From sequence record SRR20825006_230: a stretch of DNA of 45,225 nt. One strand, 5' to 3'. Position numbers and translations under genes: made by a program. Position 1 is the stretch's first letter. Each line of letters starts with the position of its first letter. Of the stretch, positions 6,817 through 17,181 are shown in pieces. Below the pieces are notes generated by a model that made no database searches, was not told the DNA's origin, and was given only the letters and a program-made list of their open reading frames with translations.

Positions 6817-7581
6817 ATGAACAGAATAAATAAGAAATTACAGGAAAGCCAAAAACTGCTTTCTATATATTTTACCGCAGGTTATCCTGAGTTGGAAGAC
6901 ACTACAACGGTTATTGAAAAACTGGTGGAATCAGGAGTTGATATGATCGAGATCGGTTTGCCGTTTAGCGATCCGCTGGCAGATGGACCAACGATTCAAG
7001 AGAGTTCTACCGCAGCTTTAAAAAATGGAATGACCACCGCCAAGCTCTTTGATCAGATCAAAGACATCAGAAAATCGGTTGATATCCCATTGATCGTGAT
7101 GGGGTATTTTAATCCGATGCTTCAATACGGCGTGGAAAAATTTTGTGCCACTTGTGCTGAAATAGGCATAGACGGACTCATTATGCCAGATCTCCCGCTT
7201 GCGGAATATGAAGAACACTATCAAGCTACCTTTGAAAAATACGGTCTTAAGATGATCTTCCTGATCACGCCACAAACTTCAGACGAGCGCATCAGACAAA
7301 TCGATGCTGCGAGTGATGGTTTTATTTATATGGTGAGTAGCGCGAGTACTACGGGGAAAACTTCGGGCTTCAGCAGTGTGCAAACCGATTATTTTGAGCG
7401 CATCGCTGCCTTGAAACTTAAAAACCCACAGATCGTGGGCTTCGGGATCAAAGATGAAGAAACCTTTAAGGCTGCAACACAAACTGCAAAAGGCGCCATC
7501 ATAGGTTCAGCATTTATAAAAACCCTTACCGAAAAAGGTTTAGACGGGATAGAACCGTTCATAAAAAGTATAAGATCCTGA
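6817..7581 (+). CDS. trpA: tryptophan synthase alpha chain
   Basis: YFTAGYP, IEIGLPFSDPLADGPTIQ, MGYFNP, PDLP, VGFGI, IIGSA. Confidence 0.97.
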   Translation: MNRINKKLQESQKLLSIYFTAGYPELEDTTTVIEKLVESGVDMIEIGLPFSDPLADGPTIQESSTAALKNGMTTAKLFDQIKDIRKSVDIPLIVMGYFNPMLQYGVEKFCATCAEIGIDGLIMPDLPLAEYEEHYQATFEKYGLKMIFLITPQTSDERIRQIDAASDGFIYMVSSASTTGKTSGFSSVQTDYFERIAALKLKNPQIVGFGIKDEETFKAATQTAKGAIIGSAFIKTLTEKGLDGIEPFIKSIRS

Positions 7582-7664
7582 GTATTAACCCGCTTTTAGC
7601 AAGTTCTTACCATTAATTAACAGCTGCGCTTCGTATCTTGTTTTCAACAAAAAAGAAAACTATT

Positions 7665-7793
7665 ATGGATAAGAAATTTGAACGTACTGTAGATCAAAAG
7701 AACCCAACGAATCCTACAGGAAATAGAAACGAGAAAACCAACAAGGTGGATATTGATGAGAAAACCATCAAAGACCAACAGAACAAGCACTAA
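7665..7793 (+). CDS. unannotated 42-aa hydrophilic small protein MDKKFERTVDQKNPTNPTGNRNEKTNKVDIDEKTIKDQQNKH
   Basis: A-rich initiation context (AAAACTATTATG), open frame to TAA 7791-7793, strong terminator 27 nt downstream. Confidence 0.65.
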   Translation: MDKKFERTVDQKNPTNPTGNRNEKTNKVDIDEKTIKDQQNKH

Positions 7794-7819
7794 GCGCTTG
7801 CACTAACTACCAAAAATTG

Positions 7820-7849
7820 AAAAGCCGATACTTTACGTATCGGCTTTTT
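7820..7849. terminator. bidirectional intrinsic terminator
   Basis: AAAAGCCGATAC/GTATCGGCTTTT perfect 12-bp stem between convergent genes. Confidence 0.9.
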
Positions 7850-7857
7850 AAATGCGT

Positions 7858-9399
7858 TTAATTAGTATCACTCCCTACCAAATTGTACGTAGGATCTTCA
7901 ATAATATTTACATCAATGATCGCCTCGGCGTTCTTTAACAGACGACGACAATCAGGACTCAAGTGTCGTAAATAAACTGTTTTACCAAGTTTGTGATAAC
8001 GGCTGGTAACGACGTTTAAAGCTTCGATAGCAGACATATCTGCTACCCTACTTTCCTTAAAATCAATGATGACTTTGTTGGGGTCATTCAGAATATCAAA
8101 CTTCTCTGTAAAATTAGTCGTTGAAGCAAAAAATAATGGTCCGTAAATCTCATAATGTTTGGTTCCTTCATCATCTACATATTTTCTAGCTCTAATGCGT
8201 TTTGCACTTTCCCAAGCAAAAAACAAAGCCGAAAGGATCACACCTACCAATACCGCCAGTGCAAGGTTGTGTAGAATCACCGTAATCGCAGCCACGATGA
8301 TCACCAAGAAAATATCTTTTTTAGGCACTTTGTTGAAAATACGAAGCGTCGCCCACTCAAAGGTACCTACCGCAACCATAATCATCACCCCTACGAGTGC
8401 CGCCATCGGAACTTTCTCAATCACCGGCGCACCGAATAATACGATCATCAAAATAGTTAATGCAGCGATAATACCAGATAAACGCGCTCTGGATCCCGCG
8501 GAAAGATTTACTAAGGTTTGTGCGATCATCGGGCAACCTCCCATTCCGAAGAAAAAGCCGTTAAGTAAATTAGAACTTCCCTGAGCGATACACTCTCGGT
8601 TTCCGTCCCCTTTAGTTTGTGTGATCTCATCTACAAGATTCAACGTAAGCAAACCTTCAGTAAGTCCTACAGCCGCCATCACCATAGAATACGGTGCAAT
8701 CACTTTTAAGGTTTCGTAAGAAATAGGAATTTCAGGAATATGGAACGGAGGAAAACCACCACTTACCGAAGCGATATCTTTCACCGTTTTAGTATCAATT
8801 CCAAAGAAATACACAAGTGCAAAAACCACAATAATCGCCACCAACGAAGAAGGTACAGCCTTAGTCAATTTCGGAAGAAATATAACGATCAATACCGTAA
8901 GGGCTGCCAGACCTGCCATAATCAATAAAGGCGTACCGGTTAACCACGCAACCTCGCCATTGACCAAAGTTTTAAACTGTTTGATCTGCGACATAAAAAT
9001 CACGATCGCAAGACCGTTTACAAACCCAAACATTACCGGGTGTGGTACCAGACGAATAAACTTCCCCAGTTTAAACAGTCCGATCAACACTTGAATTACA
9101 CCGGCAAGTGCCACGGCCGCTAAAACATATTCTAAGCCGTGCGAATTCATCAATGCAATCAGCGTGATCACTGTGGCTCCTGCTCCACCTGAAATCATCC
9201 CGGGACGACCTCCAAAAATCGCAGTGACCAAGCCCGCGATAAACGAAGCGTATAAGCCCATTAAAGGCGGCAGACCGGCAAGGATTGCAAAAGACAAGGA
9301 TTCTGGGATCATCGTCATCGCTACGGTAAGACCGGCAAGAATTTCGGTTTTGTAATTGACCTTTTGGGTGAGATCAAATAAGTTGAATACCTTTTTCAT
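7858..9399 (-). CDS. SulP/SLC26 inorganic anion transporter with C-terminal STAS domain
   Basis: EILAGLTVA..IPES.SFA..AG.PP..GLYAS, GRPGMISG, many TM segments, YGPLFFAS and D.SAIEAL STAS motifs; TATTTTTG promoter at 9486-9493 (minus). Confidence 0.92.
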   Translation of the reverse strand: MKKVFNLFDLTQKVNYKTEILAGLTVAMTMIPESLSFAILAGLPPLMGLYASFIAGLVTAIFGGRPGMISGGAGATVITLIALMNSHGLEYVLAAVALAGVIQVLIGLFKLGKFIRLVPHPVMFGFVNGLAIVIFMSQIKQFKTLVNGEVAWLTGTPLLIMAGLAALTVLIVIFLPKLTKAVPSSLVAIIVVFALVYFFGIDTKTVKDIASVSGGFPPFHIPEIPISYETLKVIAPYSMVMAAVGLTEGLLTLNLVDEITQTKGDGNRECIAQGSSNLLNGFFFGMGGCPMIAQTLVNLSAGSRARLSGIIAALTILMIVLFGAPVIEKVPMAALVGVMIMVAVGTFEWATLRIFNKVPKKDIFLVIIVAAITVILHNLALAVLVGVILSALFFAWESAKRIRARKYVDDEGTKHYEIYGPLFFASTTNFTEKFDILNDPNKVIIDFKESRVADMSAIEALNVVTSRYHKLGKTVYLRHLSPDCRRLLKNAEAIIDVNIIEDPTYNLVGSDTN

Positions 9400-9687
9400 G
9401 AAGTAGTTTTGTGCAAAAAGCCTGTGTGTTTGTAAAATGGAAAATGCTGTGATTTAGCAGGTTAATCCGTTTCTCAATTCGGCTGCAAAAATAGCCTTTT
9501 TTAACGGAAGGGCAAGCCTTGAAGCCTCCTATCCGATCTGACTTCTATAACTAGTGCACTAGCAATAAATACGCAAAGGATTTCGAAAAGTCTCAACTTC
9601 AGATAGTGCCGTTAAACTTATATTAATGCGGCAGCACAGCAGATACCAAGCGACTTAAAGTCTTATTTTCGTATAAAATCACTAACT

Positions 9688-10959
9688 ATGAAAACATCCC
9701 TCTATATTTTAGCCGGAGTTCTTGCTTTGGCAGGTTGTAAAAATGATAAAAGTGTACCCGAAAGCGAGCAAGAAGAACTCGCTGATAACGGTCCCGTTAC
9801 GGTTGAAACTACGGTGGGTCCTTTAGAACTGCCTGCTCCTTTTGCCTCAGAATCGGTAACCAAAGAAAGTAAGATCGTGGCTTGGCCTTCAGGAACAACA
9901 CCTACTGCTGCCGAAGGCTTTAAAGTAGAACGCTTTGCCGACTCGCTCAAACATCCACGATGGACGTATGTAGCTCCAAATAACGATATTTTTGTAGCGG
10001 AGTCCAACACCAAAGACAGCGCCAACCGCATTACCTTATTGCGTGATACCAACAGCGATGGCAAAGTAGATGAACGCTATATTTTTAAAGAAGATCTTAA
10101 TCAGAATTTTGGAATGCTGGTTTTAGACGGTTCGTTTTACATCGCAAACACTGATGGTTTATACCGCTTTCCATACACCGAAGGGCAAACCAAATTAGAA
10201 GGTGAAGGTGAAAAAATAGTTGAACTTTCTGCAAGTGGTTATAACAACCATTGGACGCGCAATATCATCACCAACGAAGCCGGAGATAAGATTTATATTT
10301 CGGTGGGATCTGCTAGTAATGTAGGTGAACAAGGAATGGAGAAAGAAGAGCGTCGCGCCAATATTCTTGAGGTAAATCCTGACGGAACCGGAGAGATCAT
10401 TTACGCAGCCGGACTACGGAATCCTGTGGGGATGGACTGGAATCCGGTGACGGGTGAACTGTGGACTGCAGTTAACGAGCGCGATGAATTGGGGAATAAC
10501 TTGGTTCCTGATTATGCGACCAGCGTTAAAAAAGGCGGATGGTACGGCTGGCCATACAGCTACTACGGGCAGATCAACGACCCACGCTGGGAAGATGATC
10601 CGCATCAAGATTTAGTAGACAAAGCGATTATGCCTGATGTTGCTTTAGGACCGCACACCGCATCTTTAGGTTTTACCTTTTATACCGCAGAACAATTCCC
10701 GCAAATGTACCGCAACGGGGCTTTTGTAGGTCAGCACGGGTCTTGGAACCGCGAGCCTTTCTCAGGATATAAGGTGGTATTTATTCCGTTTGAAAACGGG
10801 ATCCCAAAAGAGCCAACCGATTTCCTTACCGGTTTTGTTCCTGATGAAAACGGGAATGAAGTGTACGGCCGCCCGGTGGCGACTACAGTAGCGCCAGACG
10901 GTTCCCTATTGGTAAACGATGATGATGGCGGAGTGATCTGGCGTGTTTCCGCAGAGTAG
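9688..10959 (+). CDS. glucose/sorbosone dehydrogenase-family beta-propeller lipoprotein
   Basis: Lipobox LAGC; HPRW, NHWTR, GSASN, GLRNPVG, VNERD.LG, YGWPY, HGSWNR, GRP motifs. Confidence 0.88.
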   Translation: MKTSLYILAGVLALAGCKNDKSVPESEQEELADNGPVTVETTVGPLELPAPFASESVTKESKIVAWPSGTTPTAAEGFKVERFADSLKHPRWTYVAPNNDIFVAESNTKDSANRITLLRDTNSDGKVDERYIFKEDLNQNFGMLVLDGSFYIANTDGLYRFPYTEGQTKLEGEGEKIVELSASGYNNHWTRNIITNEAGDKIYISVGSASNVGEQGMEKEERRANILEVNPDGTGEIIYAAGLRNPVGMDWNPVTGELWTAVNERDELGNNLVPDYATSVKKGGWYGWPYSYYGQINDPRWEDDPHQDLVDKAIMPDVALGPHTASLGFTFYTAEQFPQMYRNGAFVGQHGSWNREPFSGYKVVFIPFENGIPKEPTDFLTGFVPDENGNEVYGRPVATTVAPDGSLLVNDDDGGVIWRVSAE

Positions 10960-11071
10960 TTTCACATAAATCAAGCCTCTTGGTGTTTTATTTTATGATG
11001 GCGTCAATAGGTATACGTTTTAGTATTTTTGAAATTCCTCAGAATTTCCACCCTCGATTATCGAGTACTTT

Positions 11072-13150
11072 ATGAAAAATATTCTTTTAGGTCTGCTGTT
11101 GTTTTCTGGATGTGCATTTGCTCAAGAGAAAACAGCAGCAGATTCTGTTTTAGTTCGAAACACCTTAGGTGAAATCACCATCACCTCCACCCCTATTCAA
11201 GATAAGTTGCAACGCATTCCCGCGGCGGTAAATGTCATTGCTGCTGAAGATTTTCAGCGCGGCGACCAACTTTCTATCGCTAACGAGCTCAATAAAAATC
11301 CGGGAATTCAGATGCAGCAAGGTGCACTCAATACGAGCCGCATCAGCATCAGAGGTTTAGGAGCGCGCAGTCAATATTCCACAAACCGCGTGAAGGGCTA
11401 TATTGAAGGGATCCCGCTGACTACCGGCGAAGGCGAAACCACTTTGGAAGATATCGACCTCAACTTGATCGAGCGTATGGAAATTATTAAAGGTCCTGCC
11501 AGCAGTAGCTATGGCGCAGGCCTGGGCGGAGCGATCAATATTTCGGTAATCAAACCGGAACGCAGCACGATCAAATTAAATGGATTAGCAGGCGCTTATG
11601 GTCTTTTTAAAAGCGGAATCACCGCAGCACTCGCTGAGGACAAAACCGCTGGATTTGTAAGCTTTAATCATCTGGAGAAAGACGGCTTCAGAGCGAATAG
11701 CAACTACAACCGAAACACCCTAACCGGATTTGCGAGAACCCAGATCAATGCCACCAGTGCGCTAACCTTCTTCGGAAACTATACACGGGTAAAAGCCTTC
11801 ATCCCAAGTTCTGTAAATGAAGAAACCTTACAAAATAGTCCCGAAGACGCAGCATTCACGTGGGGGCAAGCACAAGGCTATGAGTCGTATGATAAAGCCT
11901 TAGCCGGACTTTCTTACGAATGGAACATTAACGCCAACCATACGTGGAAAACCAGTGTTTTTGCCAATTACCGTGACGGGTATGAACCGCGGCCTTTCGA
12001 TATTCTCGATGAAGATTCTTTTGCTTTTGGAATTCGCAGCACCTTAAAATCTCAATTTTCCCTTTTCAACCTTCCTGCAAAAAGCAGTATTGGGGTTGAA
12101 TATTTTGATGAGCATTACCAGGCGCAGCTTTTCAATAATTTATATGAAGAGAATGATGGCAATGGAAGCCTGCAAGGCGACCGTTTTAGCAATCAGGAAC
12201 AGGACCGCAAATACCTCAACCTTTTTGCTCAATTAAGCCTGCAACTTGCACCGAATCTTAAAGCAGATGTCGGCCTGAATTACAACCACAGCAGATACCG
12301 CCTGGATGATTACCTTAACGAAGCCAATATTGACAACAGTGGAGTGTACACATACCCTCGCATCTTTTTGCCGCAAGCAGGTTTGAGTTATGAAGCCGCT
12401 AGCGATAAATTTATTTACGCCTCGGTAAGTCGTGGATTTTCACTTCCCACAGTTGCCGAAACCTTAACTCCGGAAGGCGCGATCAACCCGGAGATCAAAC
12501 CCGAAACCGGGATGAATTATGAGCTGGGATTAAAAGCCCAATGGCTGGATAAAAAACTCTATACCGAACTCGCTTTATACACGGTTCAGGTTACTAATTT
12601 ACTGGTTGCCGAGCGTGTGGGCGATGATCAATATGTAGGACGCAATGCCGGAGCCACAGACCATAACGGGATTGAATTCTTTGTACATTATCGCGAAAAG
12701 TTATCACCGGAATGGTCATTACAACCCTACGGATCTTTAGCGGTGAACGATTATTCATTTGATGAATTTGTAGATAACGACGAGAATTTCAATGGAAATG
12801 ACCTCACCGGAGTCGCTGATCAAGTGATCAATTTAGGTCTGGATGTGGCTTTTCAAAATCGTTTTAAGATCAACATCAATTACCGCCACACCGGAAGCAT
12901 TCCACTGGATGATGCCAACAGTCTTTATAGCGATGCCTACAATCTTGTAAACCTACGTGGTGATTATAATTTTACGCTTTTTAAGAAAGTAAAAACCCAG
13001 CTTTTTGCGGGAGTTAATAATGTTTTTGACACCAATTACGCAGCACAAGTATTACCCAACGCGACCGGTTTTGGGGGTGCAGCGCCACGTTACTATTACC
13101 CCGGAGAACCTGTAAATTTTTACGCCGGCTTGAACATCGATCTATTCTAA
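11072..13150 (+). CDS. TonB-dependent outer-membrane receptor
   Basis: Signal peptide, plug motifs ISIRG and EIIKGPASSSYG..GGAIN, PETGMNYELG, GVNNVFD, C-terminal Phe; TATTTTTG at 11024-11031. Confidence 0.93.
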   Translation: MKNILLGLLLFSGCAFAQEKTAADSVLVRNTLGEITITSTPIQDKLQRIPAAVNVIAAEDFQRGDQLSIANELNKNPGIQMQQGALNTSRISIRGLGARSQYSTNRVKGYIEGIPLTTGEGETTLEDIDLNLIERMEIIKGPASSSYGAGLGGAINISVIKPERSTIKLNGLAGAYGLFKSGITAALAEDKTAGFVSFNHLEKDGFRANSNYNRNTLTGFARTQINATSALTFFGNYTRVKAFIPSSVNEETLQNSPEDAAFTWGQAQGYESYDKALAGLSYEWNINANHTWKTSVFANYRDGYEPRPFDILDEDSFAFGIRSTLKSQFSLFNLPAKSSIGVEYFDEHYQAQLFNNLYEENDGNGSLQGDRFSNQEQDRKYLNLFAQLSLQLAPNLKADVGLNYNHSRYRLDDYLNEANIDNSGVYTYPRIFLPQAGLSYEAASDKFIYASVSRGFSLPTVAETLTPEGAINPEIKPETGMNYELGLKAQWLDKKLYTELALYTVQVTNLLVAERVGDDQYVGRNAGATDHNGIEFFVHYREKLSPEWSLQPYGSLAVNDYSFDEFVDNDENFNGNDLTGVADQVINLGLDVAFQNRFKININYRHTGSIPLDDANSLYSDAYNLVNLRGDYNFTLFKKVKTQLFAGVNNVFDTNYAAQVLPNATGFGGAAPRYYYPGEPVNFYAGLNIDLF

Positions 13151-13926
13151 TTTCCTTCGGGAAGTTTCATACCATTTTCTCCAAATTCGTTGAGTTCGGC
13201 TTCAAAGCTATCGGCGAGTTCAATGAATTTGTCTAAAAGGTCCAGTTGGTTTTCAGGTTCTAACAAATTGCCGGGAAGTTGCTTGGCGTCGCAATACTCA
13301 AAAAACAGGTTATGGTAATACGCATCAATCCCCAATTGTTCCACTAAAAATTCCCGATTAAAATATTCATCGGTAGCAAAGAGCACTCGGTATTGTTTAT
13401 ATGTAATAGGCGCATAACTTTCCTTTTGCTTGGAAGGGTCTTTCTTAAACAAGCTCATAAAAAGGCGTCCTATCTCCATAAAATCGACACCATTGGTACT
13501 GTTGGGTGGGCGGTATAACTGACGATTCTTTTTGATGTCGTTCTGAATTCTACTATTGAAAATACTATCGTAGACGCGCACATCAAAAGGCTTTTCCTTA
13601 GGTGCTTCAGTGAGGCGTACTTCGTCCAGTTCGTTTAAGTTCTCTTTCAACTCCACAACCCAAACCTTTTCCAGCTGATATTGCTCTACCACAAACACCT
13701 GCGTTTCCATAAACGGTGCACTAAACACCAAAGAATCTTCTAAGCGGGCCGCCAGACTAAAATCTCCCTCATCAGTAGTGGTCGTACTTTTATTCTGCGT
13801 CAGGTTTTGCACAAGCACCCCGGGAACACGCTTATCCCCTGCATAAACCTTTCCGGAGGTGTTCTGCGCATAAGCATTACCCATCATCAATATGACAACT
13901 CCTGTAAGTAAAATAAGTATTCGCAT
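13147..13926 (-). CDS. secreted protein with carboxypeptidase-regulatory-like N-terminal domain (paralogue 2)
   Basis: Signal peptide ending AYAQ; GKVY...T.T...GDF...DSLVFS...ELKE..NELDEV pattern. Confidence 0.8.
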   Translation of the reverse strand: MRILILLTGVVILMMGNAYAQNTSGKVYAGDKRVPGVLVQNLTQNKSTTTTDEGDFSLAARLEDSLVFSAPFMETQVFVVEQYQLEKVWVVELKENLNELDEVRLTEAPKEKPFDVRVYDSIFNSRIQNDIKKNRQLYRPPNSTNGVDFMEIGRLFMSLFKKDPSKQKESYAPITYKQYRVLFATDEYFNREFLVEQLGIDAYYHNLFFEYCDAKQLPGNLLEPENQLDLLDKFIELADSFEAELNEFGENGMKLPEGN

Positions 13927-13953
13927 CAGCTTGCTTTAAGTTGCGAAGTTAGT

Positions 13954-14706
13954 TTAATTCGCTGCGTTCAATTTGTGAAATTCGGCACTTCTTTTCATTA
14001 AATACTCCAGAAAACGCATCTCATTTTTATCTTGCAATAAGCGTGCATCTACCTGCTGCTCCAGACAATAATCAAAAAACAGCGGCTCTTCTTCTTGGGT
14101 CACGGCTAGTTGATTGCGCAGTAAATCCTGATTAAAAAATGCATCTTTTTTGAAAAAAGCTTCAAGCTCTCCCAGTTTTAAAATTCTAAAGCGATTAGAA
14201 TCTTCGGCTTTTTCTTTTTTGTCTTTTTTAATCGAATTCCATACCATTTTTCCGATAGCGATAAAATCAATGCCAGAACCGCTAGGACCGGGACTATACA
14301 ATTCAGGGTGTTCTTGAATATCTTTTTGCAACCAAGTGTTAAAATTCTTATCATATTCTTCTACCCGAAACTCTTTCACCTTGTTGGTTGCCGTAATCGT
14401 CACAGCATCCAATTCATTTCTGCTTTCTTGAAGTTCGACTACCCAAGTTTCTTCTAGTTGATACACTTCTACTTGATGAATTTGTGTTTCAAAAAACGAA
14501 TAGCTAAAGATCAAAGAATCTCCCAACTGTGCGGCGATCTCAAAATCACCCCAACGGTTGGTCGAAGTCATTAAGTCTTGGGTTTTATTGATGATCAACA
14601 CGCCTTCTAACGGTTTATCTTCAGCATACACTTTTCCTTGTGATTGTTGTGCGTATACTGCCGTGCTGAGCAAGAGGATAAAAGCAAAAAATAATTTTGA
14701 TAGCAT
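13954..14706 (-). CDS. secreted protein with carboxypeptidase-regulatory-like N-terminal domain (paralogue 1)
   Basis: Same pattern as 13147-13926; clear mutual similarity. Confidence 0.8.
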   Translation of the reverse strand: MLSKLFFAFILLLSTAVYAQQSQGKVYAEDKPLEGVLIINKTQDLMTSTNRWGDFEIAAQLGDSLIFSYSFFETQIHQVEVYQLEETWVVELQESRNELDAVTITATNKVKEFRVEEYDKNFNTWLQKDIQEHPELYSPGPSGSGIDFIAIGKMVWNSIKKDKKEKAEDSNRFRILKLGELEAFFKKDAFFNQDLLRNQLAVTQEEEPLFFDYCLEQQVDARLLQDKNEMRFLEYLMKRSAEFHKLNAAN

Positions 14707-14756
14707 AGTCAGGTCTATGCAGTAATGACCTTAGTTATGCTTACATGTTGCAAAAA

Positions 14757-15209
14757 TCACACGCGAACCGCATCTGGCACCAAGCCGGTATAGTCCCCGC
14801 CATTGCGAATAACGTCCCGCACAATGGATGAAGAAATGTAACTTTTACCCGAAGAAGTGAGTAAGAACACGGTTTCTATTTGCGCCAATTTTCTGTTAGT
14901 ATGCGCGATGGCTTTTTCAAATTCAAAATCCGCCGGATTGCGCAATCCTCTAAGAATAAAGCCGGAATCTGTCGCATTACAAAAATCAACAGTAAGACCT
15001 TGATAAGTCATCACTTTGATCTTGGGTTCATCTTTAAAGGACTCTTTTAAAAAGCCTTCCCGCTGCTCTAAAGTGAACATGTATTTCTTATCAGCATTCA
15101 CCCCGATCGCTAAAATGATCTCATCAAAAAGCTTTAAGCCTCGCTCAATGATATCATAATGTCCTAAAGTAAGCGGATCAAAAGATCCCGGAAATACTGC
15201 GCGTTTCAT
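14757..15209 (-). CDS. coaD: pantetheine-phosphate adenylyltransferase
   Basis: AVFPGSFDPLTLGH, RGLR...DFEFE, ISSSIVR. Confidence 0.97.
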   Translation of the reverse strand: MKRAVFPGSFDPLTLGHYDIIERGLKLFDEIILAIGVNADKKYMFTLEQREGFLKESFKDEPKIKVMTYQGLTVDFCNATDSGFILRGLRNPADFEFEKAIAHTNRKLAQIETVFLLTSSGKSYISSSIVRDVIRNGGDYTGLVPDAVRV

Positions 15210-15356
15210 AAATGAGAATTCAAATTCAAAATTAAAGGTACAAAAACTGAAGTGTTTAAAGTTTGTGGTAGCGTTACCTAATGCTTATAAAATATTCAGT
15301 CCATTGCGGGGGCAATAAAAGCTGCGTTTAGATCGCCTACTATTTACTGAGACTGC

Positions 15357-16349
15357 CTACTGAGACTTTTCACCATTCATTGCCTGCTCAATAACATTAT
15401 CAAACAAATCTGGCAATGAAATCCCCGCCACCTTTGCCTGCTGCGGGATGATACTCGCAGGACTCAACCCCGGTGTGGTATTCACTTCTAAAAAGTGCGG
15501 GGCGCCATTGTGGAAAATAAATTCCGCTCGGGTGAGGCCTTTTAATTTTAAGATCTTAAAGACTTTTTCTGCTTCGCGTTGTACGGCTTTGGTTTGCGCA
15601 TCGGTGATTCTTGCCGGAGTGATCTCTTGTGATTTACCCTCATATTTTGCCTGATAATCAAAGAAGTCATTGTCGCTAACAATTTCGGTAACCGGAAGCG
15701 CCATAACTTTTCCTTGATAATTGATCACGCCAACAGAAACTTCGGTTCCTTCTAAAAAAGATTCAATAATGATCTCATCATCTTCTTTAAACGCCACTTC
15801 GATCGCCCCTTCTAATTCTTCGGCACCATAAACCTTAGAAACTCCGTAACTGCTACCTGCTTTGTTAGCTTTTACAAAACACGGCAAACCTACTTTATCT
15901 AAAATTTCGGTAGCATTGATAACGTCGCCTTTATTTAGCAAATAATTGGTTGCGGTTTTGATTCCGTAGGCTTTCAACACGCTTATGCAGTCTCGCTTAT
16001 TAAACGTAAGCGCAGCCTCATAATAATTACAGGCCGTCTGCGGAATCTTCAAAAGTTTTAGATACGCCTGCAACACGCCGTCTTCTCCCGGTGTCCCGTG
16101 AATCGTGTTGAATACGCAATCAAAGGTGATCTTAGTGCCTTCCACATTAATCGAGAAATCAGCTTTGTCAACAGGAATTGGCGGGTGATCTGCGTGTTTG
16201 CAAAACCAGCCTTCCTTTAAAATATGAATGGGAAATACATTATACTTAGATTGGTCTAGATGTTTGCAAACCGTGTTTCCGCTCAAGATCGAGATATTCA
16301 CCTCACTAGAAAATCCGCCCATCACGACTGCAATATTTTTTTTTGACAT
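15357..16349 (-). CDS. ddl: D-alanine--D-alanine ligase
   Basis: GGFSSE..IS..SG, HGTPGEDG, GSSYG, FFDYQAKY, EVNTTPG. Confidence 0.96.
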   Translation of the reverse strand: MSKKNIAVVMGGFSSEVNISILSGNTVCKHLDQSKYNVFPIHILKEGWFCKHADHPPIPVDKADFSINVEGTKITFDCVFNTIHGTPGEDGVLQAYLKLLKIPQTACNYYEAALTFNKRDCISVLKAYGIKTATNYLLNKGDVINATEILDKVGLPCFVKANKAGSSYGVSKVYGAEELEGAIEVAFKEDDEIIIESFLEGTEVSVGVINYQGKVMALPVTEIVSDNDFFDYQAKYEGKSQEITPARITDAQTKAVQREAEKVFKILKLKGLTRAEFIFHNGAPHFLEVNTTPGLSPASIIPQQAKVAGISLPDLFDNVIEQAMNGEKSQ

Positions 16350-16557
16350 AGTAAAAAAGAAAGCTTTACGTTATCTAATAGAAGGCGATCTTAAGATCAT
16401 CTTCAACTATAGAAAAAACAAGTTTATTTAAGCTCGGTTCACCGAGTAATTTAAGGCTTCAAAGAACGTTATTTTTAGGAAAACTCGGCAAAAAAAATGA
16501 TTGCAATTGAGCGTCAGCCAATTTTAAACTAAGTTTGTAGCCGCAAAATCGCTCTTT

Positions 16558-17181
16558 ATGGGATTCTTTAAATTTATATTCAGCAAAGCCTTTTTAAAAC
16601 AGCTCTTGCTGGCGCTACTGGTACTGATTCTTCTTGTATTTGGCCTATTGTACTGGCTGCGCGCCTCTACAAATCACGACCAGCGCATCGCCGTGCCAGA
16701 CCTTAGCAAAATGTCTCTAGGCTTAGTGCAACAAGAACTTGAAAATGCCGACCTGAATTATGTGGTGATCGATTCTTCAAACTACAATCCGGATTATCCT
16801 ACATACTCAGTGATCGAGCAAAATCCTGCAGCGGGAAAATTTGTAAAAGAAGGCCGAAAAATCTATCTAGTACTAAACCCCTCAGGTTATCGTAAAATTG
16901 AAATTCCTCAGCTGGTAGGTAGAACCCAACGTCAGGTAGAACCAACATTGCTTGCCTTAGGATTTAAAATAGGAAAAATTGATTACCGCGACCATATAAG
17001 TTCTGACGAAGTGCTTGAACTACGCCACGACGGCAAAACGCTTAAAGTGGGCGATGCGTTGCGTAAAACTTCAGTTATTGACTTGGTTGTAGGTAATGGA
17101 AAAGGCAGCTACCGCACCTCTGGTGATGCTGCACAAGATGTAATAAATGACGCTGAAGAATTAGACGATGCAGGATTTTAA
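16558..17181 (+). CDS. membrane-anchored PASTA-domain protein
   Basis: N-terminal TM helix; VPDL...VIEQNP.AG..VK.GR.I.L; TAAGTTTG promoter at 16530-16537. Confidence 0.88.
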   Translation: MGFFKFIFSKAFLKQLLLALLVLILLVFGLLYWLRASTNHDQRIAVPDLSKMSLGLVQQELENADLNYVVIDSSNYNPDYPTYSVIEQNPAAGKFVKEGRKIYLVLNPSGYRKIEIPQLVGRTQRQVEPTLLALGFKIGKIDYRDHISSDEVLELRHDGKTLKVGDALRKTSVIDLVVGNGKGSYRTSGDAAQDVINDAEELDDAGF

